From Candidatus Omnitrophica bacterium UBA6215 (GTDB lineage Bacteria; Omnitrophota; Gorgyraeia; Pluralincolimonadales; Pluralincolimonadaceae), in the NCBI GenBank assembly GCA_002421665.1, contig DISH01000005.1, positions 78,092-142,091 of the forward strand: a stretch of DNA of 64,000 nt, written 5' to 3'. Shown here piece after piece: positions 19,001 to 29,384 of this stretch. A model generated the notes under the pieces. The model searched no databases and was not told the origin of the DNA. It worked only from the letters and a program-made list of their open reading frames with translations. Position 1 is the first letter of the stretch. Every line of letters starts with the position of its first letter. The position numbers were made by a program, and so were the translations under genes.

Positions 19001-20592
19001 AGGTCCGCCACTCCACGCCGGGGGTGACCCTTATCTCGCCGCCTCCGCACCATGACATTTATTCGATAGAGGACCTGGCGCAGCTCATATTCGACCTAAA
19101 GAACGCGAATCCACGCGCGAGGGTAAGTGTAAAGCTCGTCTCCGAGATAGGCGTTGGTACCATAGCCGCCGGTGTAGCTAAAGGCCATGCCGATATGATA
19201 CTCATCTCGGGCGGAGACGGCGGCACGGGCGCCTCGCCCATAAGTTCGATTAAGCACGCCGGTCTTCCGTGGGAACTCGGCATATCCGAGACGCACCAGA
19301 CGCTCGTCCTTAACGATCTAAGGAGCCGTGTCAGGCTGCAGACCGACGGGCAGATGAGGACGGGCCGAGATATCGTCATAGCGGCTATCCTCGGCGCCGA
19401 GGAGTTCGGGTTCGCTACGGCCGCGCTGGTAGTCCTCGGATGTATGATGCTCAGGCATTGCAACCTGAATAATTGCTCGGTCGGTGTAGCTACCCAGGAT
19501 GAGATATTAAGGAAGAGGTTCAGCGGCAAAGCGGAATACCTGCAGTCGTATTTCACGTTCGTGGCGGAAGAGGCGCGCGCCATAATGGCGCAGCTTGGCG
19601 TCAAGGGCATAGACGAGCTTGTCGGCCGCACCGAATTGCTCGAGCCGAACAAGGCGATACTTAATTGGAAAGCGAAGGGCGTAGATTTTTCGAATATCCT
19701 TTATAAGCCGGAGGCCGGGGAGGGCGTCGGTACGCGCTGCCTAATGAAGCAGGACCACGGCATAGATAAGATCCTTGACCTGAAATTGATCGAAGCGGCG
19801 AAACCCGCGCTTGACAACAGGGAAAAAGTCTCCGCCGAACTGGCGATAAATAACACCGACAGGACCACAGGGGCGATGCTAAGCGGCGAACTCTCAAAGC
19901 GCTACGGCGAGGACGGCCTGCCGGATGATGCTATTCGTTTCAAGTTCAGCGGAACCGCAGGCCAGAGCTTCGGCGCGTTCCTGGCCAGGGGTATAACTTT
20001 CGAGATAGAGGGGCAGTCGAACGATTATGTCGGAAAGGGCCTCTCGGGAGGAAAGATCATCGTCTATCCGTCGAAGAAGGCGCGGTTCGATCCTTCGGAG
20101 AATATAATAATCGGTAATACCACTTTCTACGGTGCCACGTCGGGCGAGGCATATATCCGCGGCGCGGCCGGTGAGAGGTTTTGCATCCGCAATTCCGGCA
20201 TCCTGGCCGTTGTCGAGGGTGTCGGCGACCACGGTTGCGAATACATGACAGGCGGGCGCGTGGTCATCATCGGAAGGACCGGGCGCAACTTCGCCGCGGG
20301 CATGTCGGGCGGTATCGCTTATGTTTACGACGAGGACAAAAAATTCAAGTCTCGCTGCAACATGGGAATGGTGGAGTTCGACGCCCTTGACGATGACGAC
20401 AGGTTCGCCATCCGCGCGCTCCTGAAGAACCATGTCCAGTATACAGGAAGCGCCAAGGCGAAGAAGATACTGGATAGCATAGAGAGTGAAATTAAGAGTT
20501 TCGTTAAAGTAATGCCGACCGAATACAAGAAGGTCCTTGCGGGCGGTATAGTCAAGAAGAAGCCTGTTTTTTCAGAGGTCAGCGATGGGTGA
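16030..20592 (+). CDS. gltB: Glutamate synthase large subunit
   Basis: N-terminal amidotransferase Cys1 motif [11 protein letters not shown], then FMN/TIM-barrel and C-terminal GXGXG domains. 1520 aa. The real start may be the ATG at 16042. Confidence 0.95.
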   Translation: MVKQMRENGTILNHLPEKQGLYDPQFEHDSCGVGFVCDIKGRRSHGIVEKGVLALEHLMHRGATGSDPKTGDGAGVLIQVPHEFFRRECPKSGISLPGAGDYGAGLVFLPTEGRDRKFCEDNFRKIAEEEGLIFLGWRDVPVDDSMIGKTARDAEPVIKQVFIGKPSSIKDELTFERKLFVARRRAENLVRGSKIAQKKYFYVTGLSCRTVSYKGLLMSTQLKEYFLDLKDESIKSSFALIHARYSTNTFPTWDLSQPFRYLAHNGEINTLRGNINWMAARQGLFKSGMFGKDIKKIFPVIVPGGSDSAMLDNALEMLILSGRPLHHVMMMLIPEAWQSNNQIDSRRKDFYEYHACLMEPWDGPAAVAFTDGRYIGATLDRNGLRPARYVVTKDDMVVMASEVGVLDIPAENILVNGRLKPGRMFLIDTVEGRIIDDKELKDKIAFEKPYGKWLKDNLETLEDVKAPKKVKAPAIKDILSQQKAFGYTKEALKTIIRPMAETGAEPTGSMGDDTPLAVLSEKPRIFYDYFKQLFAQVTNPPIDPIREELVMTLDTYLGREKNILEETPDHCHRLKVGNPVLTDEELARIKHIKNRTFRTKVISTLFEVKKGKTGFRKSLDRIRRESSAAIKAGYSFIILSDRGVDGKRAALPALLACASVHHHLIREATRTQASIILESGEPREVANFALLFGYGADCVNPYLAYRSIEELIKSGELDKDFRTAQKNYIHALTHGIMKILSKMGISTIQSYRGAQIFEALGLNGEIIDECFTGTVSRIGGVGLDVIAQETIARHDDAFPSRPGREPQLDNGGLYQWRRDGEFHLWNPESIAALQDSVRNNDFEAFKRFSGLINNQENHLCTLRGLLKFKETQAIPIGEVEPASEIVKRFVTGAMSFGSISKEAHEAMATAMNRMGAKSNSGEGGEDPMRFIPLPNGDSLRSATKQVASGRFGVTSNYLANADELQIKIAQGAKPGEGGQLPGHKVSVTIAKVRHSTPGVTLISPPPHHDIYSIEDLAQLIFDLKNANPRARVSVKLVSEIGVGTIAAGVAKGHADMILISGGDGGTGASPISSIKHAGLPWELGISETHQTLVLNDLRSRVRLQTDGQMRTGRDIVIAAILGAEEFGFATAALVVLGCMMLRHCNLNNCSVGVATQDEILRKRFSGKAEYLQSYFTFVAEEARAIMAQLGVKGIDELVGRTELLEPNKAILNWKAKGVDFSNILYKPEAGEGVGTRCLMKQDHGIDKILDLKLIEAAKPALDNREKVSAELAINNTDRTTGAMLSGELSKRYGEDGLPDDAIRFKFSGTAGQSFGAFLARGITFEIEGQSNDYVGKGLSGGKIIVYPSKKARFDPSENIIIGNTTFYGATSGEAYIRGAAGERFCIRNSGILAVVEGVGDHGCEYMTGGRVVIIGRTGRNFAAGMSGGIAYVYDEDKKFKSRCNMGMVEFDALDDDDRFAIRALLKNHVQYTGSAKAKKILDSIESEIKSFVKVMPTEYKKVLAGGIVKKKPVFSEVSDG

Positions 20593-22021
20593 CGTAAAGG
20601 GTTTCCTGAAGATCAAACGCGGCCATTCGGATTACCGTCCGGTCTCCGAGAGGGTCAAGGACTATAAAGAAGTTGCCGTCCTGCGCCCGGAGGCTAAGTC
20701 CCGCGACCAGGGTTCGCGGTGCATGGACTGCGGTGTCCCGTTCTGCCATTGGGGCTGCCCGTTAGGCAATTACGTCCCCGAATGGAACGACCTCGTCTAT
20801 CGCGGGCATTGGAAGAAGGCTATGGAGTCCCTTTCATCGACGAACAACCTGCCTGAAGTTACCGGCAGGATATGTCCGGCTATCTGCGAATTTGCCTGCG
20901 TCCTCGGCTATAACGACGATCCCGTCACCATACGCGAGAATGAACTGGATATCATCGAACACGCTTTCAAAAAAGGCTGGATAAAGGCCAACCCTCCGAA
21001 AAAACGCACCGGCAAGAAGGTGGCTGTCATAGGCTCGGGCCCGTCGGGCCTCGCCTGCGCCGCACAACTCAACAAGGCCGGGCACAAGGTGACCGTCTTC
21101 GAGCGCGACGAGAAGGCCGGCGGTATTATGCGCTTCGGCATACCGGATTTCAAACTGGACAAGTCGGTCCTCGACAGGCGCATCAAGATATGGAAGAAAG
21201 AGGGTATAATCTTCAAGACCTCTACCGAAGCGGGCGCCGATTACAAGGCCTCGCGGCTAAAGAAAGATTTTGACGCCATAGTCCTCGCGGGCGGAAGCCG
21301 CGTCCCGCGCGACTTGACCATACCGGGCCGCGAATTGGGCGGGATACATTTCGCCATGGATTACCTCATGCAGTCCAACAGGAGGGTTTCCGGCAAGAAG
21401 ATAGGTCTTAGCGAGCTGATAGACGCGAAGAACAAGAAGGTCGTCGTCATCGGCGGCGGCGATACCGGCTCGGACTGCGTGGGCACGGCCCACAGGCAGG
21501 GCGCCTCAAGTGTGACACAGATAGAACTTCTCCCCCAGCCTCCGGAATGCCGCACGAAAGCTTTTCCCTGGCCGAAATATCCCATGCTCCTTAAGACTAC
21601 GACGAGCCATGAGGAAGGCGGGGCGCGCTATTGGTCGGTCTCGACCAAGAGGTTCGAGGGCGCGGGAGGCAAGTTAAAGAAACTTATCTGCGTCAAGGTT
21701 GAGCTGGGCCGCGACGACAAAGGGTGCATGCTTATCAAAGATGTCCCCGGAAGCGAGTTCGAGATAGAGGCCGACCTGGTCGTGCTGGCTCTCGGGTTTC
21801 TCCACCCCGAAAAAGGGCTCCTTGGCCAACTGGGTATCGAGCTTGATGCCCGCGGCAACGTCAAGACAGGCGCGGACAACGCCACATCCGTAAGGAAGAT
21901 CTTTGCCGCCGGCGATATGAGAAGAGGCCAATCGCTGATCGTCTGGGCCGTCTCCGAAGGCCGCCGCGCCGCCCACTTTGTCGATAAATTCCTCATGGGC
22001 TCCACCCGACTGCCGCTTTAA
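20585..22021 (+). CDS. gltD: Glutamate synthase small subunit (NADPH-dependent)
   Basis: Fe-S cysteine cluster [10 protein letters not shown]...CP, FAD/NAD Rossmann motif [17 protein letters not shown] and second dinucleotide motif [13 protein letters not shown]. Overlaps the gltB stop. Confidence 0.95.
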   Translation: MGDVKGFLKIKRGHSDYRPVSERVKDYKEVAVLRPEAKSRDQGSRCMDCGVPFCHWGCPLGNYVPEWNDLVYRGHWKKAMESLSSTNNLPEVTGRICPAICEFACVLGYNDDPVTIRENELDIIEHAFKKGWIKANPPKKRTGKKVAVIGSGPSGLACAAQLNKAGHKVTVFERDEKAGGIMRFGIPDFKLDKSVLDRRIKIWKKEGIIFKTSTEAGADYKASRLKKDFDAIVLAGGSRVPRDLTIPGRELGGIHFAMDYLMQSNRRVSGKKIGLSELIDAKNKKVVVIGGGDTGSDCVGTAHRQGASSVTQIELLPQPPECRTKAFPWPKYPMLLKTTTSHEEGGARYWSVSTKRFEGAGGKLKKLICVKVELGRDDKGCMLIKDVPGSEFEIEADLVVLALGFLHPEKGLLGQLGIELDARGNVKTGADNATSVRKIFAAGDMRRGQSLIVWAVSEGRRAAHFVDKFLMGSTRLPL

Positions 22022-22171
22022 AGTACAAAAACCCACAAATTACGAATCTCATCAGCGATTTATCGTGTTAAAAATCATCTTTCGTATGCTATACTTAAAA
22101 ATAAGGTAGCGGAAAGTGCCATAAAAAGCGAATTCGTATAATATATGTTAGAATAGGATAATAATAGAAAA

Positions 22172-22585
22172 ATGATGGATGTAAAAAATAGATTAGAATT
22201 CATAAATAGCCATGTAAAACGGACTTTTACAGATAAAACATGGATGTATTTGGTTTTACTTATTTCGCTCATATTTAATATATTTTATTCGATAAAAGTA
22301 TTGAATATCGTATTAGTTATTTGGTTTTTGTTGCTAGCCTTTGATTTACTTTTTAAAGCAACGGAAGCAAGCGATTTAATGAAATCTAAACCTACAGCCA
22401 ATGTTGCAAAACTGATTTACCTTTTAATAGGCCTTAGTATCTTGCTGATATTTATAGTAGCAACGAATCATTTTGTATTTGCTATTTTCACATTAGTATT
22501 TCACTATTTGTTATATTCGTTTATTTCTATTGTAGTATGTCGAAACATAGGAATATATTTGCAAAAAATCGCGGCTTTATTTTGA
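22172..22585 (+). CDS. Small integral membrane protein (about 4 TM helices), hypothetical, inside the low-GC island
   Basis: 137 aa, very hydrophobic (LVLLISLIFNIFYSIKVLNIVLVIWFLLLAF...). AT-rich codon usage differs from the flanking genes. Confidence 0.5.
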   Translation: MMDVKNRLEFINSHVKRTFTDKTWMYLVLLISLIFNIFYSIKVLNIVLVIWFLLLAFDLLFKATEASDLMKSKPTANVAKLIYLLIGLSILLIFIVATNHFVFAIFTLVFHYLLYSFISIVVCRNIGIYLQKIAALF

Positions 22586-22723
22586 ATATAAAATTATTCT
22601 AATAAATGTTATGCGAAAATAATTATTTTTTAACACTTACAAATATGAATTTCTTCTCAAAATGGTTTAAAAAACAAAGTAATACTGTTAAATGATGCGA
22701 AATTTCGAGATATCGAAAAGAAA

Positions 22724-23209
22724 ATGACAAACGATCCAGAAGTCAAAAAAATAGGCGAACGTATGCGGTTGATTGCTCTTGGAACAGTGCTTGGGCAATC
22801 AGGAAAATTTGATGGCGCTATCAAAGCTTTAAAAGAGGCAATCAAAATAAGCCCTGACGCAATGGAAGCCTATATTCCCTTAGCAATGGCATATAGAGGT
22901 AAAAACATGCTTGATGAGGCGCTCGAAATTTTGCATCAAGTCGAAGAGAAAAAAATATCGAATAGCGAAGACCCCAGTGTTATGGACTTTGACCTGTATT
23001 TTACGTTTGCTACTATTTATGTTCGTAAAGACGACAGACCTAACGCAGTTAAGTATGCAAAAAAAGCAATCAAAGCAAATGATAATCCAGTAACGAAAAA
23101 GGAAATTGACGAAGCAATTAAATTTGGAGTTATAAATAGTGGCGAACCCGATCGCACACCTATGATAGAAGGACTAAGAGAACTCATTAAAGAATACGAA
23201 GAAGAGTAA
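22724..23209 (+). CDS. TPR-like helical repeat protein, hypothetical (low-GC island)
   Basis: 161 aa with TPR-like A/Y-rich helical pairs (AIKALKEAIKISPDAMEAYIPLAMAYRGKNMLDEALEIL) and an acidic C-terminus. Confidence 0.5.
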   Translation: MTNDPEVKKIGERMRLIALGTVLGQSGKFDGAIKALKEAIKISPDAMEAYIPLAMAYRGKNMLDEALEILHQVEEKKISNSEDPSVMDFDLYFTFATIYVRKDDRPNAVKYAKKAIKANDNPVTKKEIDEAIKFGVINSGEPDRTPMIEGLRELIKEYEEE

Positions 23210-23283
23210 AAAATAATTATCATCGCACAGGGAGCACTATGCGGCTGTACTCCTTTCAGCTGCTCATATTTACTGCACTAATA

Positions 23284-23343
23284 GGGGACGCGTCAAAAAG
23301 GGACAGGTCAAACAAACAGAGTGTCCCAAAATGACACGTCCCC
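23284..23343 (+). repeat. GC-rich nested inverted repeat (structured element) in the low-GC island, upstream of the HEPN-like gene
   Basis: GGGGACGCGTCA ... TGACACGTCCCC forms a 12-bp imperfect inverted repeat. An inner GGGACA ... TGTCCC pair lies between the arms. Confidence 0.4.
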
Positions 23344-23376
23344 AATGAATGTGCTGATGAAACCGGGGTATCAATT

Positions 23377-23952
23377 TTGACTCCAAGCAAGAAAAAAATT
23401 AGAGAAATAACTGGATTTACATTCGACAAACAGGGACGTGACCCTGAAAACTGGTTTAATATTGCCCGTTCGTTTTATGAAGCAGCTATTCTGCTAAATA
23501 GCAGTTCAAAAAATAGCCCCTCAATCCCTTACTATTATAATGCAGGTCTATCCATCGAGCTACTTCTGAAAGCGATTATTTTATCTAAACACAAAAGTTT
23601 TAAAATCGACCATAACCTTGTTCAGCTATCTAAGGATTCAGGGGCCAATCTTACAAAAGATCAAGAGCACACATTAAAGCTTCTTTCCGAGATAATCATT
23701 TGGAGAGGACGCTATCCAATCCCAAAAACAAAGGGTCAATGGAATAATTACATGGATGTGATACTTGAGAAGCATATTGTTAAGGAAAGGGCCGGTAACA
23801 CTCATAGAACCCTCGTTCATAGAGGGCGTTTCCCGTCAATAGAGAATTATAAAAAAATATGGAATATCTGTGAAATTGAATATAAAAATCAGCATAACAA
23901 TTCACTCCAGCGGAGGCTCGTTCCACTCGCACCCGCTGAGTTCAAATGTTAA
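23377..23952 (+). CDS. HEPN-like domain protein (putative RNase/abortive-infection or toxin component), hypothetical
   Basis: 191 aa, predicted all-helical. An R-x4-H motif (KERAGNTHR, R138..H143) follows helices such as YYYNAGLSIELLLKAIILSK. Located in a low-GC island. The assignment is tentative. Confidence 0.4.
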   Translation: MTPSKKKIREITGFTFDKQGRDPENWFNIARSFYEAAILLNSSSKNSPSIPYYYNAGLSIELLLKAIILSKHKSFKIDHNLVQLSKDSGANLTKDQEHTLKLLSEIIIWRGRYPIPKTKGQWNNYMDVILEKHIVKERAGNTHRTLVHRGRFPSIENYKKIWNICEIEYKNQHNNSLQRRLVPLAPAEFKC

Positions 23953-24006
23953 ATACCATTAACAGCAAAGGTTGGCTTGTCCCCCAAATTATGCTAAACT
24001 ATCCCC

Positions 24007-24612
24007 ATGGACAACCATTCAAACGAAGCGCTTAACGTTATCTACCGGCGCCACAGCATAAGGCAGTTCCAGGACAAACCGGTCGATGACACACTCATCA
24101 AGACCATCCTTGACGCTGCGAACCGCGCGCCTTCCGCGCACAACCAGCAGTCGTGGAAATTCATCGTCATAAAAGGTGACAAGAAACGCCAGCTTGCCGA
24201 ACTCGTCACCGGGCAGGCGGCGAACTTCCCCAAGCCGTCCTCATCCATATTGCGCATGGCCGCGCGCAGTATAATCAGCGCCCCGGTGGTGATAGCGGTA
24301 ATGAATACCGGAACGCTTATAGCGCACGGCACCGAGCTCTTCAGCATAGAAAAAGATAAAGCCGCCGATTTCTTCCGCACGATGGAGATACAAAGCTCCG
24401 CCGCGGCCGTCGAGAACCTTTTGATCTCCGCGACGTCCCTCGGGCTCGGCAGTGTGTGGCTCGGGGTCCTTTTCCTTATAAAGGACCGGGTGCTGGAATT
24501 CTTCGGAGAGGCGAAGGGGGAGTTCATGGCCGTTATACCCCTCGGATACCCGATAGAAGCGCGCGAGGGCCCGAAGAAGAAGTCGCTCGAATATGTCGTA
24601 AGGTACCTCTAA
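24007..24612 (+). CDS. Nitroreductase family protein (NAD(P)H-flavin oxidoreductase)
   Basis: RHSIRQFQDKPVDDTLIKTILDAANRAPSAHNQQSWKFIVI is the classic nitroreductase N-terminus. Confidence 0.8.
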   Translation: MDNHSNEALNVIYRRHSIRQFQDKPVDDTLIKTILDAANRAPSAHNQQSWKFIVIKGDKKRQLAELVTGQAANFPKPSSSILRMAARSIISAPVVIAVMNTGTLIAHGTELFSIEKDKAADFFRTMEIQSSAAAVENLLISATSLGLGSVWLGVLFLIKDRVLEFFGEAKGEFMAVIPLGYPIEAREGPKKKSLEYVVRYL

Positions 24613-24613
24613 A

Positions 24614-24820
24614 GTGGCATTCATGAGGCCTTCCGTAAAATTTGCCGCGGTTATCGCGGCAGTTTTAATAGCAACTTCAGGCTGCGGTAAAATTAAGTCA
24701 TGGGTGGACGAGCAGGAGTCTTTCGTTGAACGCAGCGGCGAGGCCGTACACGGGGATCTCGATAAAGTAATAGACGCGGCCAACAGACACAACGGTGACC
24801 TTGAAAGGGAAATGAAATGA
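24614..24820 (+). CDS. Small lipoprotein, hypothetical
   Basis: Signal peptide with lipobox LIATSGC, 68 aa. ATGA overlaps with both neighbouring genes. Confidence 0.4.
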   Translation: MAFMRPSVKFAAVIAAVLIATSGCGKIKSWVDEQESFVERSGEAVHGDLDKVIDAANRHNGDLEREMK

Positions 24821-25242
24821 TGACCAAAGAGCAGATCATAAAACTGATAAATTCGCACTTGTCGTGCCACCTTGCCACCTTAGATGAGAACAACCAGCCT
24901 CGCGTCCGCGGAATGCTCGCTTACCGCGCCGATGACGACGGCATAATATTCCATACGGGCAGTTCAAAAGATCTTTTTAAACAGGTCCGCGATAACCCCC
25001 TTGTCGAGGCGTGTTTCTATGACAGGGACAGCCAGACGCAGATAAGGGTCTCGGGAAAGGCGGCGATCGTATATGACGACAACCTGAAACGTGAGATAGT
25101 CGCCTCGAGGACTTTCCTGAAGCCGTGGGTGGAGGAACTGGGACTCGACGTGATCGCCGTTTTCCGCATTACCGAATGCGTTGCCTCGGTGTGGACATTC
25201 GAGACAAACTTTGCCCCAAAAGAATACATTAAGCTTACCTAA
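24817..25242 (+). CDS. Pyridoxamine 5'-phosphate oxidase-like FMN-binding protein
   Basis: The pattern HLATLDENNQPRVRGMLAYRADDDGIIFHTGSSKDLFKQVRDNPLVEACFYD is typical of the PNPOx/general-stress split-barrel family. Confidence 0.65.
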   Translation: MMTKEQIIKLINSHLSCHLATLDENNQPRVRGMLAYRADDDGIIFHTGSSKDLFKQVRDNPLVEACFYDRDSQTQIRVSGKAAIVYDDNLKREIVASRTFLKPWVEELGLDVIAVFRITECVASVWTFETNFAPKEYIKLT

Positions 25243-26161
25243 TGTTATCCTCGCCCCAATGGCGGGGATAAGCGACCTCCCTTACCGCATGCTGAACCGC
25301 AGGTTCGGCGTAAAGTTCGCTTTTACTGAGATGGTCAATGCCCGTTCCCTGAGCTATAACAACGTAAAGGCAATAGAGCTGCTCGGATCCGCCAAGGACG
25401 ACAGGCCGTTGGGTGTCCAGATTGTCGGGAGCGAACCCGAATACATCTGCCGCGCCATAGAGAAACTCCATAAATACAAGTTTGACGTGCTGGATTTCAA
25501 CGCCGCCTGCCCCGAACGAAAGGTTGTCGCGAAGGGGGAGGGCGCCGCGCTGCTCAAGGACCTCAAGAAACTAAAACGCCTCTTGAAGATATTTGTAAGG
25601 GAATCGAAATGGCCGGTCACGGTCAAGATCCGCGCGGGCTGGGACAAAAACACTATTATTGCCGCGGACGCAGCGCTTTGTGTCGAAGACGCGGGCGTCT
25701 CGGCGATATTCGTCCACGGCAGGACCAGAAATCAGCTTTACAGCGGCACGGTTGATTACCGCGTAATAAAAGAAGTAAAGGACGCCGTTAAAGTTCCCGT
25801 GATAGGCAGCGGCGACGTCCTCTCCGCGCCGCAGGCAAAGAAGATGTTCGATGAGACCGGTTGCGACGGCATACTCATCGCCCGCGGCGGCCTCGGCAAC
25901 CCGTGGATATTCCGCGAGATAGAGTCTTACCTGGCGGACGGCAGCGTGCCCGCGCGCCCCTCGATAAAAGAGGTGAAAAAGACGATGACTGCCCACCTTG
26001 AGGCGTCTATTAAATGTTTCGGTATCAAGAGGGCGGTCCCGTCATTCCGGAAATTCTTCAGCTGGTATACCAGAGGGCTCGATAACGTTCGGCCCTTAAG
26101 GGTAAAGGCATGTTTTGCATCGACGAAGAAAGGCATGCTCGAGGTTATAGGTGAGATATAA
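25181..26161 (+). CDS. dusB: tRNA-dihydrouridine synthase
   Basis: ILAPMAGISDLPYRMLNRRFG...FTEMV Dus N-terminal motif and TIM barrel. The true start is probably internal (for example TTG at 25211), because the ORF-track start overlaps the upstream gene. Confidence 0.8.
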   Translation: MPRCGHSRQTLPQKNTLSLPNVILAPMAGISDLPYRMLNRRFGVKFAFTEMVNARSLSYNNVKAIELLGSAKDDRPLGVQIVGSEPEYICRAIEKLHKYKFDVLDFNAACPERKVVAKGEGAALLKDLKKLKRLLKIFVRESKWPVTVKIRAGWDKNTIIAADAALCVEDAGVSAIFVHGRTRNQLYSGTVDYRVIKEVKDAVKVPVIGSGDVLSAPQAKKMFDETGCDGILIARGGLGNPWIFREIESYLADGSVPARPSIKEVKKTMTAHLEASIKCFGIKRAVPSFRKFFSWYTRGLDNVRPLRVKACFASTKKGMLEVIGEI

Positions 26162-26684
26162 GCTCGGAGCGCTTGTAAGACTGCCGATCGTCCTGTTCTT
26201 CGCTTATCTCCTCGTAAGATACATAGGTGATAGCTCATACAGCAGCATCTTTGACGGGGTCAATTATGCCGTCCATGAATTTGGCCATGTTCTCTTCTCG
26301 TTTTTCGGGCAAACCATGCATATCGCGGGCGGCTCGATATTCGAGATCATCGCGCCGGTCATAGTAATGATAGGATTTCTTAGACAACGCGATTATTTCG
26401 CGGTATCGTTCGCGTTCGGATGGCTGGCAACCGCATTTTACAATGTCGCGATATATGCGGCCGATGCCAGGGCGATGGAGCTTGAACTCATCGCTCCGTG
26501 GGCTTTCGGAGCAGATGACGTAATACACGATTGGAATTATTTATTATCGTATTTTAATATGCTACAATATGATTCGGCGGTTGCGTTTGCGCTCAGGTGC
26601 ATGGGACTGCTCTCGATGGTCGTTTGTATTGTAGCCGGTTTTTGGGTTATATGCCTAATGATAAGGAGAAAGGATGAGGATTAA
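26151..26684 (+). CDS. Membrane protein with HExxH motif, hypothetical
   Basis: 177 aa, multi-TM, containing YAVHEFGHVLF. Confidence 0.45.
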   Translation: MRYKLGALVRLPIVLFFAYLLVRYIGDSSYSSIFDGVNYAVHEFGHVLFSFFGQTMHIAGGSIFEIIAPVIVMIGFLRQRDYFAVSFAFGWLATAFYNVAIYAADARAMELELIAPWAFGADDVIHDWNYLLSYFNMLQYDSAVAFALRCMGLLSMVVCIVAGFWVICLMIRRKDED

Positions 26685-27765
26685 AAGGATAGCTGTACTT
26701 ACCGGCGGAGGGGACTGCCCCGGCCTTAACGCCGTTATCCGTGCCGTAGCGAAGATGGCCATGGGTGAGGGCGGAGAGGTCATAGGTATCGAGGACGGAT
26801 ATGAAGGCCTTGTAACGGGAAGGATGAGAAAACTGGAGAATCGGGATGTTTCCGGCATATTGACCCTTGGCGGGACCATCCTCGGCACCTCGAATATCGC
26901 CAATCCCTACCGTTACGCGGTAGAGGGGAAGGGCTGCAAGATTACCTTTAGGGATTATCACAAGCGCGCGATAGACAATTTCAAAAAACTCAAGGCAGAT
27001 GCACTTGTTGCCATAGGCGGGGACGGCACCCTTTCAACGGCTTACAGGCTCAACAGGGACGGCATCCCGGTGGTCGGCGTCCCTAAGACTATAGATAATG
27101 ATATCGTCGGCACGGACGTCACATTCGGGTTCGACACAGCGGTGTCGATCGCGACAGAGGGGATAGACCGCATACACACTACCGCGCAGTCCCACCACCG
27201 CGTAATGATAGTCGAGGTCATGGGCCGCACGGCAGGATGGATAGCCCTTCATTCCGGTGTAGCCGGCGGAGGGGATATAATACTCATCCCGGAGATACCT
27301 TACGATGTAAACGTGGTCGTAAAGAAGATAAAAGAGCGCCATGGCAGGGGAAAGAGGTTCAGCATTATCGTCGTCGCCGAAGGTTCGAAGCCGAAAGGCG
27401 GGGATGTAGTGGTGCAAAGGGTTGTAAAGGAGAGTACGGAAGCCGTGCGCCTTGGGGGCATCGGATTCGTGCTCGGCAACCAAATAGAAAAGATGACCTT
27501 CATAGAGACGCGAACCGTTGTCATGGGCCACTTGCAGCGCGGAGGTTCTCCTACTCCTTTCGACAGGGTCCTCGCTACGCAGTTGGGCACTACTGCCATG
27601 GAATTGATAGACAAGGGGGCGTTCGGGCATATGGTAGGCGTTCGTAACAATGAGTTCGTCAAGGTCCCGCTGAAGGAAGTCGCGGACGGTAAGAGGCTGG
27701 TCCCGAAAGACCATCCGTTGGTCATCTCGGCGCGGGCGGTAGGGACGTGTTTTGGCGACAGGTAA
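26674..27765 (+). CDS. pfkA: 6-phosphofructokinase
   Basis: RIAVLTGGGDCPGLNAVIRAV and GGDGT motifs. PFK fold over 363 aa. Confidence 0.9.
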   Translation: MRIKRIAVLTGGGDCPGLNAVIRAVAKMAMGEGGEVIGIEDGYEGLVTGRMRKLENRDVSGILTLGGTILGTSNIANPYRYAVEGKGCKITFRDYHKRAIDNFKKLKADALVAIGGDGTLSTAYRLNRDGIPVVGVPKTIDNDIVGTDVTFGFDTAVSIATEGIDRIHTTAQSHHRVMIVEVMGRTAGWIALHSGVAGGGDIILIPEIPYDVNVVVKKIKERHGRGKRFSIIVVAEGSKPKGGDVVVQRVVKESTEAVRLGGIGFVLGNQIEKMTFIETRTVVMGHLQRGGSPTPFDRVLATQLGTTAMELIDKGAFGHMVGVRNNEFVKVPLKEVADGKRLVPKDHPLVISARAVGTCFGDR

Positions 27766-27780
27766 CCGGAGGAGGAAGAG

Positions 27781-28146
27781 ATGTCTCTTAAAATAAACGT
27801 AGACAAGAAGCCGGGGGACGTTTTTGTTTTCAGTATCAACGGGTCGATCGACACCGATACTTATAAAGAACTTGATGACAGGGTAAGCCCTTTGCTCAGT
27901 TCCGGAGCGAAAGTTATCATCTTTGACATGGAAGGCGTTGAATATGTCAGCAGTATGGGCTTAAATACCATATTCAAAGTGCAGCGTGCGCTTGATAAGA
28001 CCTCCGGGACTTTTATGATGACCAACATACAACCCCAGGTCAAGAAGGTCTTCGAGATAGTCAAGGCCCTTCCTAACATGAAGGTATTTGAGAGCATAGA
28101 GGAGGTCGACGCCTACCTCTACAAGATACAGAAGGGGGACATATGA
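27781..28146 (+). CDS. STAS-domain anti-sigma factor antagonist
   Basis: 121 aa. FSINGSIDTDTYKELDDRV ... FDMEGVEYVSSMGLNTI matches the SpoIIAA-like fold. Confidence 0.7.
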   Translation: MSLKINVDKKPGDVFVFSINGSIDTDTYKELDDRVSPLLSSGAKVIIFDMEGVEYVSSMGLNTIFKVQRALDKTSGTFMMTNIQPQVKKVFEIVKALPNMKVFESIEEVDAYLYKIQKGDI

Positions 28147-28406
28147 AGAAGTCCATCCTGATAGCGCTTTTAAGGACGAGGAGCAAGTCGGCCGTAAAGT
28201 TCCAGAAAGTCCTGACGAAGTACGGCTGTATAGTCAAGACCCGGCTGGGTATCCATGACGGCGTCGGGGGGATCTGTTCCGACACGGGTCTCATAATCCT
28301 CGAGCTGGTCGGAGACAGGAAGGATATCGGCGCCCTAGAGAAGAAACTGAACTCAATAACAGGCGTATCGGCGAAGCTCGTAGAAATATCCCTGAAGGAC
28401 AAATGA
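28143..28406 (+). CDS. Small hypothetical protein (87 aa)
   Basis: Operonic with ATGA overlaps to both neighbours. No recognisable motifs. Confidence 0.4.
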   Translation: MKKSILIALLRTRSKSAVKFQKVLTKYGCIVKTRLGIHDGVGGICSDTGLIILELVGDRKDIGALEKKLNSITGVSAKLVEISLKDK

Positions 28407-28870
28407 AAAGGAACTTCATGCTGCTTGCCGTCAGACAGGCGGCCAGAAACCTTAAGAAACCCGACGGCGGGCCTTTTGGCGCATGCATCGTAAGAAAAGG
28501 GAAAGTGGTAGCTGTCGGCCGCAATACCGTCCTTAAGAACGATGCCACCTGCCATGCCGAGATAAACGCCATCCGTGCCGCCTCGCGCAAGCTTAAGACA
28601 TTCGACCTCTCCGGATGCGAGATATACTCTACCACAGAACCCTGTCCCATGTGTTTCTCCGCCATACATTGGGCGCGTATCGGCAGGATAATCTTCGGCA
28701 CCACTACAAAAGACGCGAAAAAGATAGGGTTCAACGAACTTGTGATAACAGACAAGAAACTTAATTCCCTCGGAAAAAGTAAAGTAAAGATAACCTCAGG
28801 CTTCATGCGTAAAGAATGCCTGGAGCTATTCAGGAGGTTCAATGCCCTTCCATACAAGGAACTATACTGA
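28403..28870 (+). CDS. CMP/dCMP-type deaminase (tRNA adenosine deaminase TadA or guanine deaminase-like)
   Basis: Zinc-binding CDA motifs CHAEINAI and TEPCPMCFSAI. Confidence 0.8.
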   Translation: MKRNFMLLAVRQAARNLKKPDGGPFGACIVRKGKVVAVGRNTVLKNDATCHAEINAIRAASRKLKTFDLSGCEIYSTTEPCPMCFSAIHWARIGRIIFGTTTKDAKKIGFNELVITDKKLNSLGKSKVKITSGFMRKECLELFRRFNALPYKELY

Positions 28871-29384
28871 CCGCCGCAAAGGAAGGTCCTGGGTAAGGAT
28901 ATACCTTTGGGCCGTCGCGATATCAGCAGTTGCCTATTTCGGCTTTAATCTTGCCCGCGACATATTCGGCGGAGAAGAAGCCAAGGTCCGTAAATTTATA
29001 ATGCAGGGCAAATCCCGCATCGAGAAGAAAGATATCATAGGCCTCTCTGACATGGTCTCGGCCGATTATAGGGACAAATACGGCAACGACAAGATGACGC
29101 TGGTATACGGCGCAAAATCCTTCCTGGCTTATTATAAGGACATCTTTGTCAACATCGAGAAGGCGGACATTTCCCTTAACGGCCCCAAGGACGGCGCCGA
29201 AGCCGAGGTCACCGCGCTTATTATCGGTAAGACAAAGGACGGGAAGTCGGATACGATAATGGAAGGCCTTGAAGGCGAAAAAGACAAATTCAGGTTAAAG
29301 CTCAAAAAAGAAAAAGACGGTTGGAAGCTTCTCGAGCTCGAGTTCCTCCAGCCGCTTAATATTATGGGCGAGAGGGTAGGTTAG
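28842..29384 (+). CDS. Membrane-anchored hypothetical protein
   Basis: N-terminal TM segment IYLWAVAISAVAYFGF followed by a soluble domain. Confidence 0.4.
   Translation: MPFHTRNYTDRRKGRSWVRIYLWAVAISAVAYFGFNLARDIFGGEEAKVRKFIMQGKSRIEKKDIIGLSDMVSADYRDKYGNDKMTLVYGAKSFLAYYKDIFVNIEKADISLNGPKDGAEAEVTALIIGKTKDGKSDTIMEGLEGEKDKFRLKLKKEKDGWKLLELEFLQPLNIMGERVG

Noticed and set aside
22586-22723. AT-rich intergenic region in the island as a possible small RNA or promoter
   Set aside because: No clear -35/-10 pair, inverted repeat or terminator could be defined by eye. The composition alone is not evidence.
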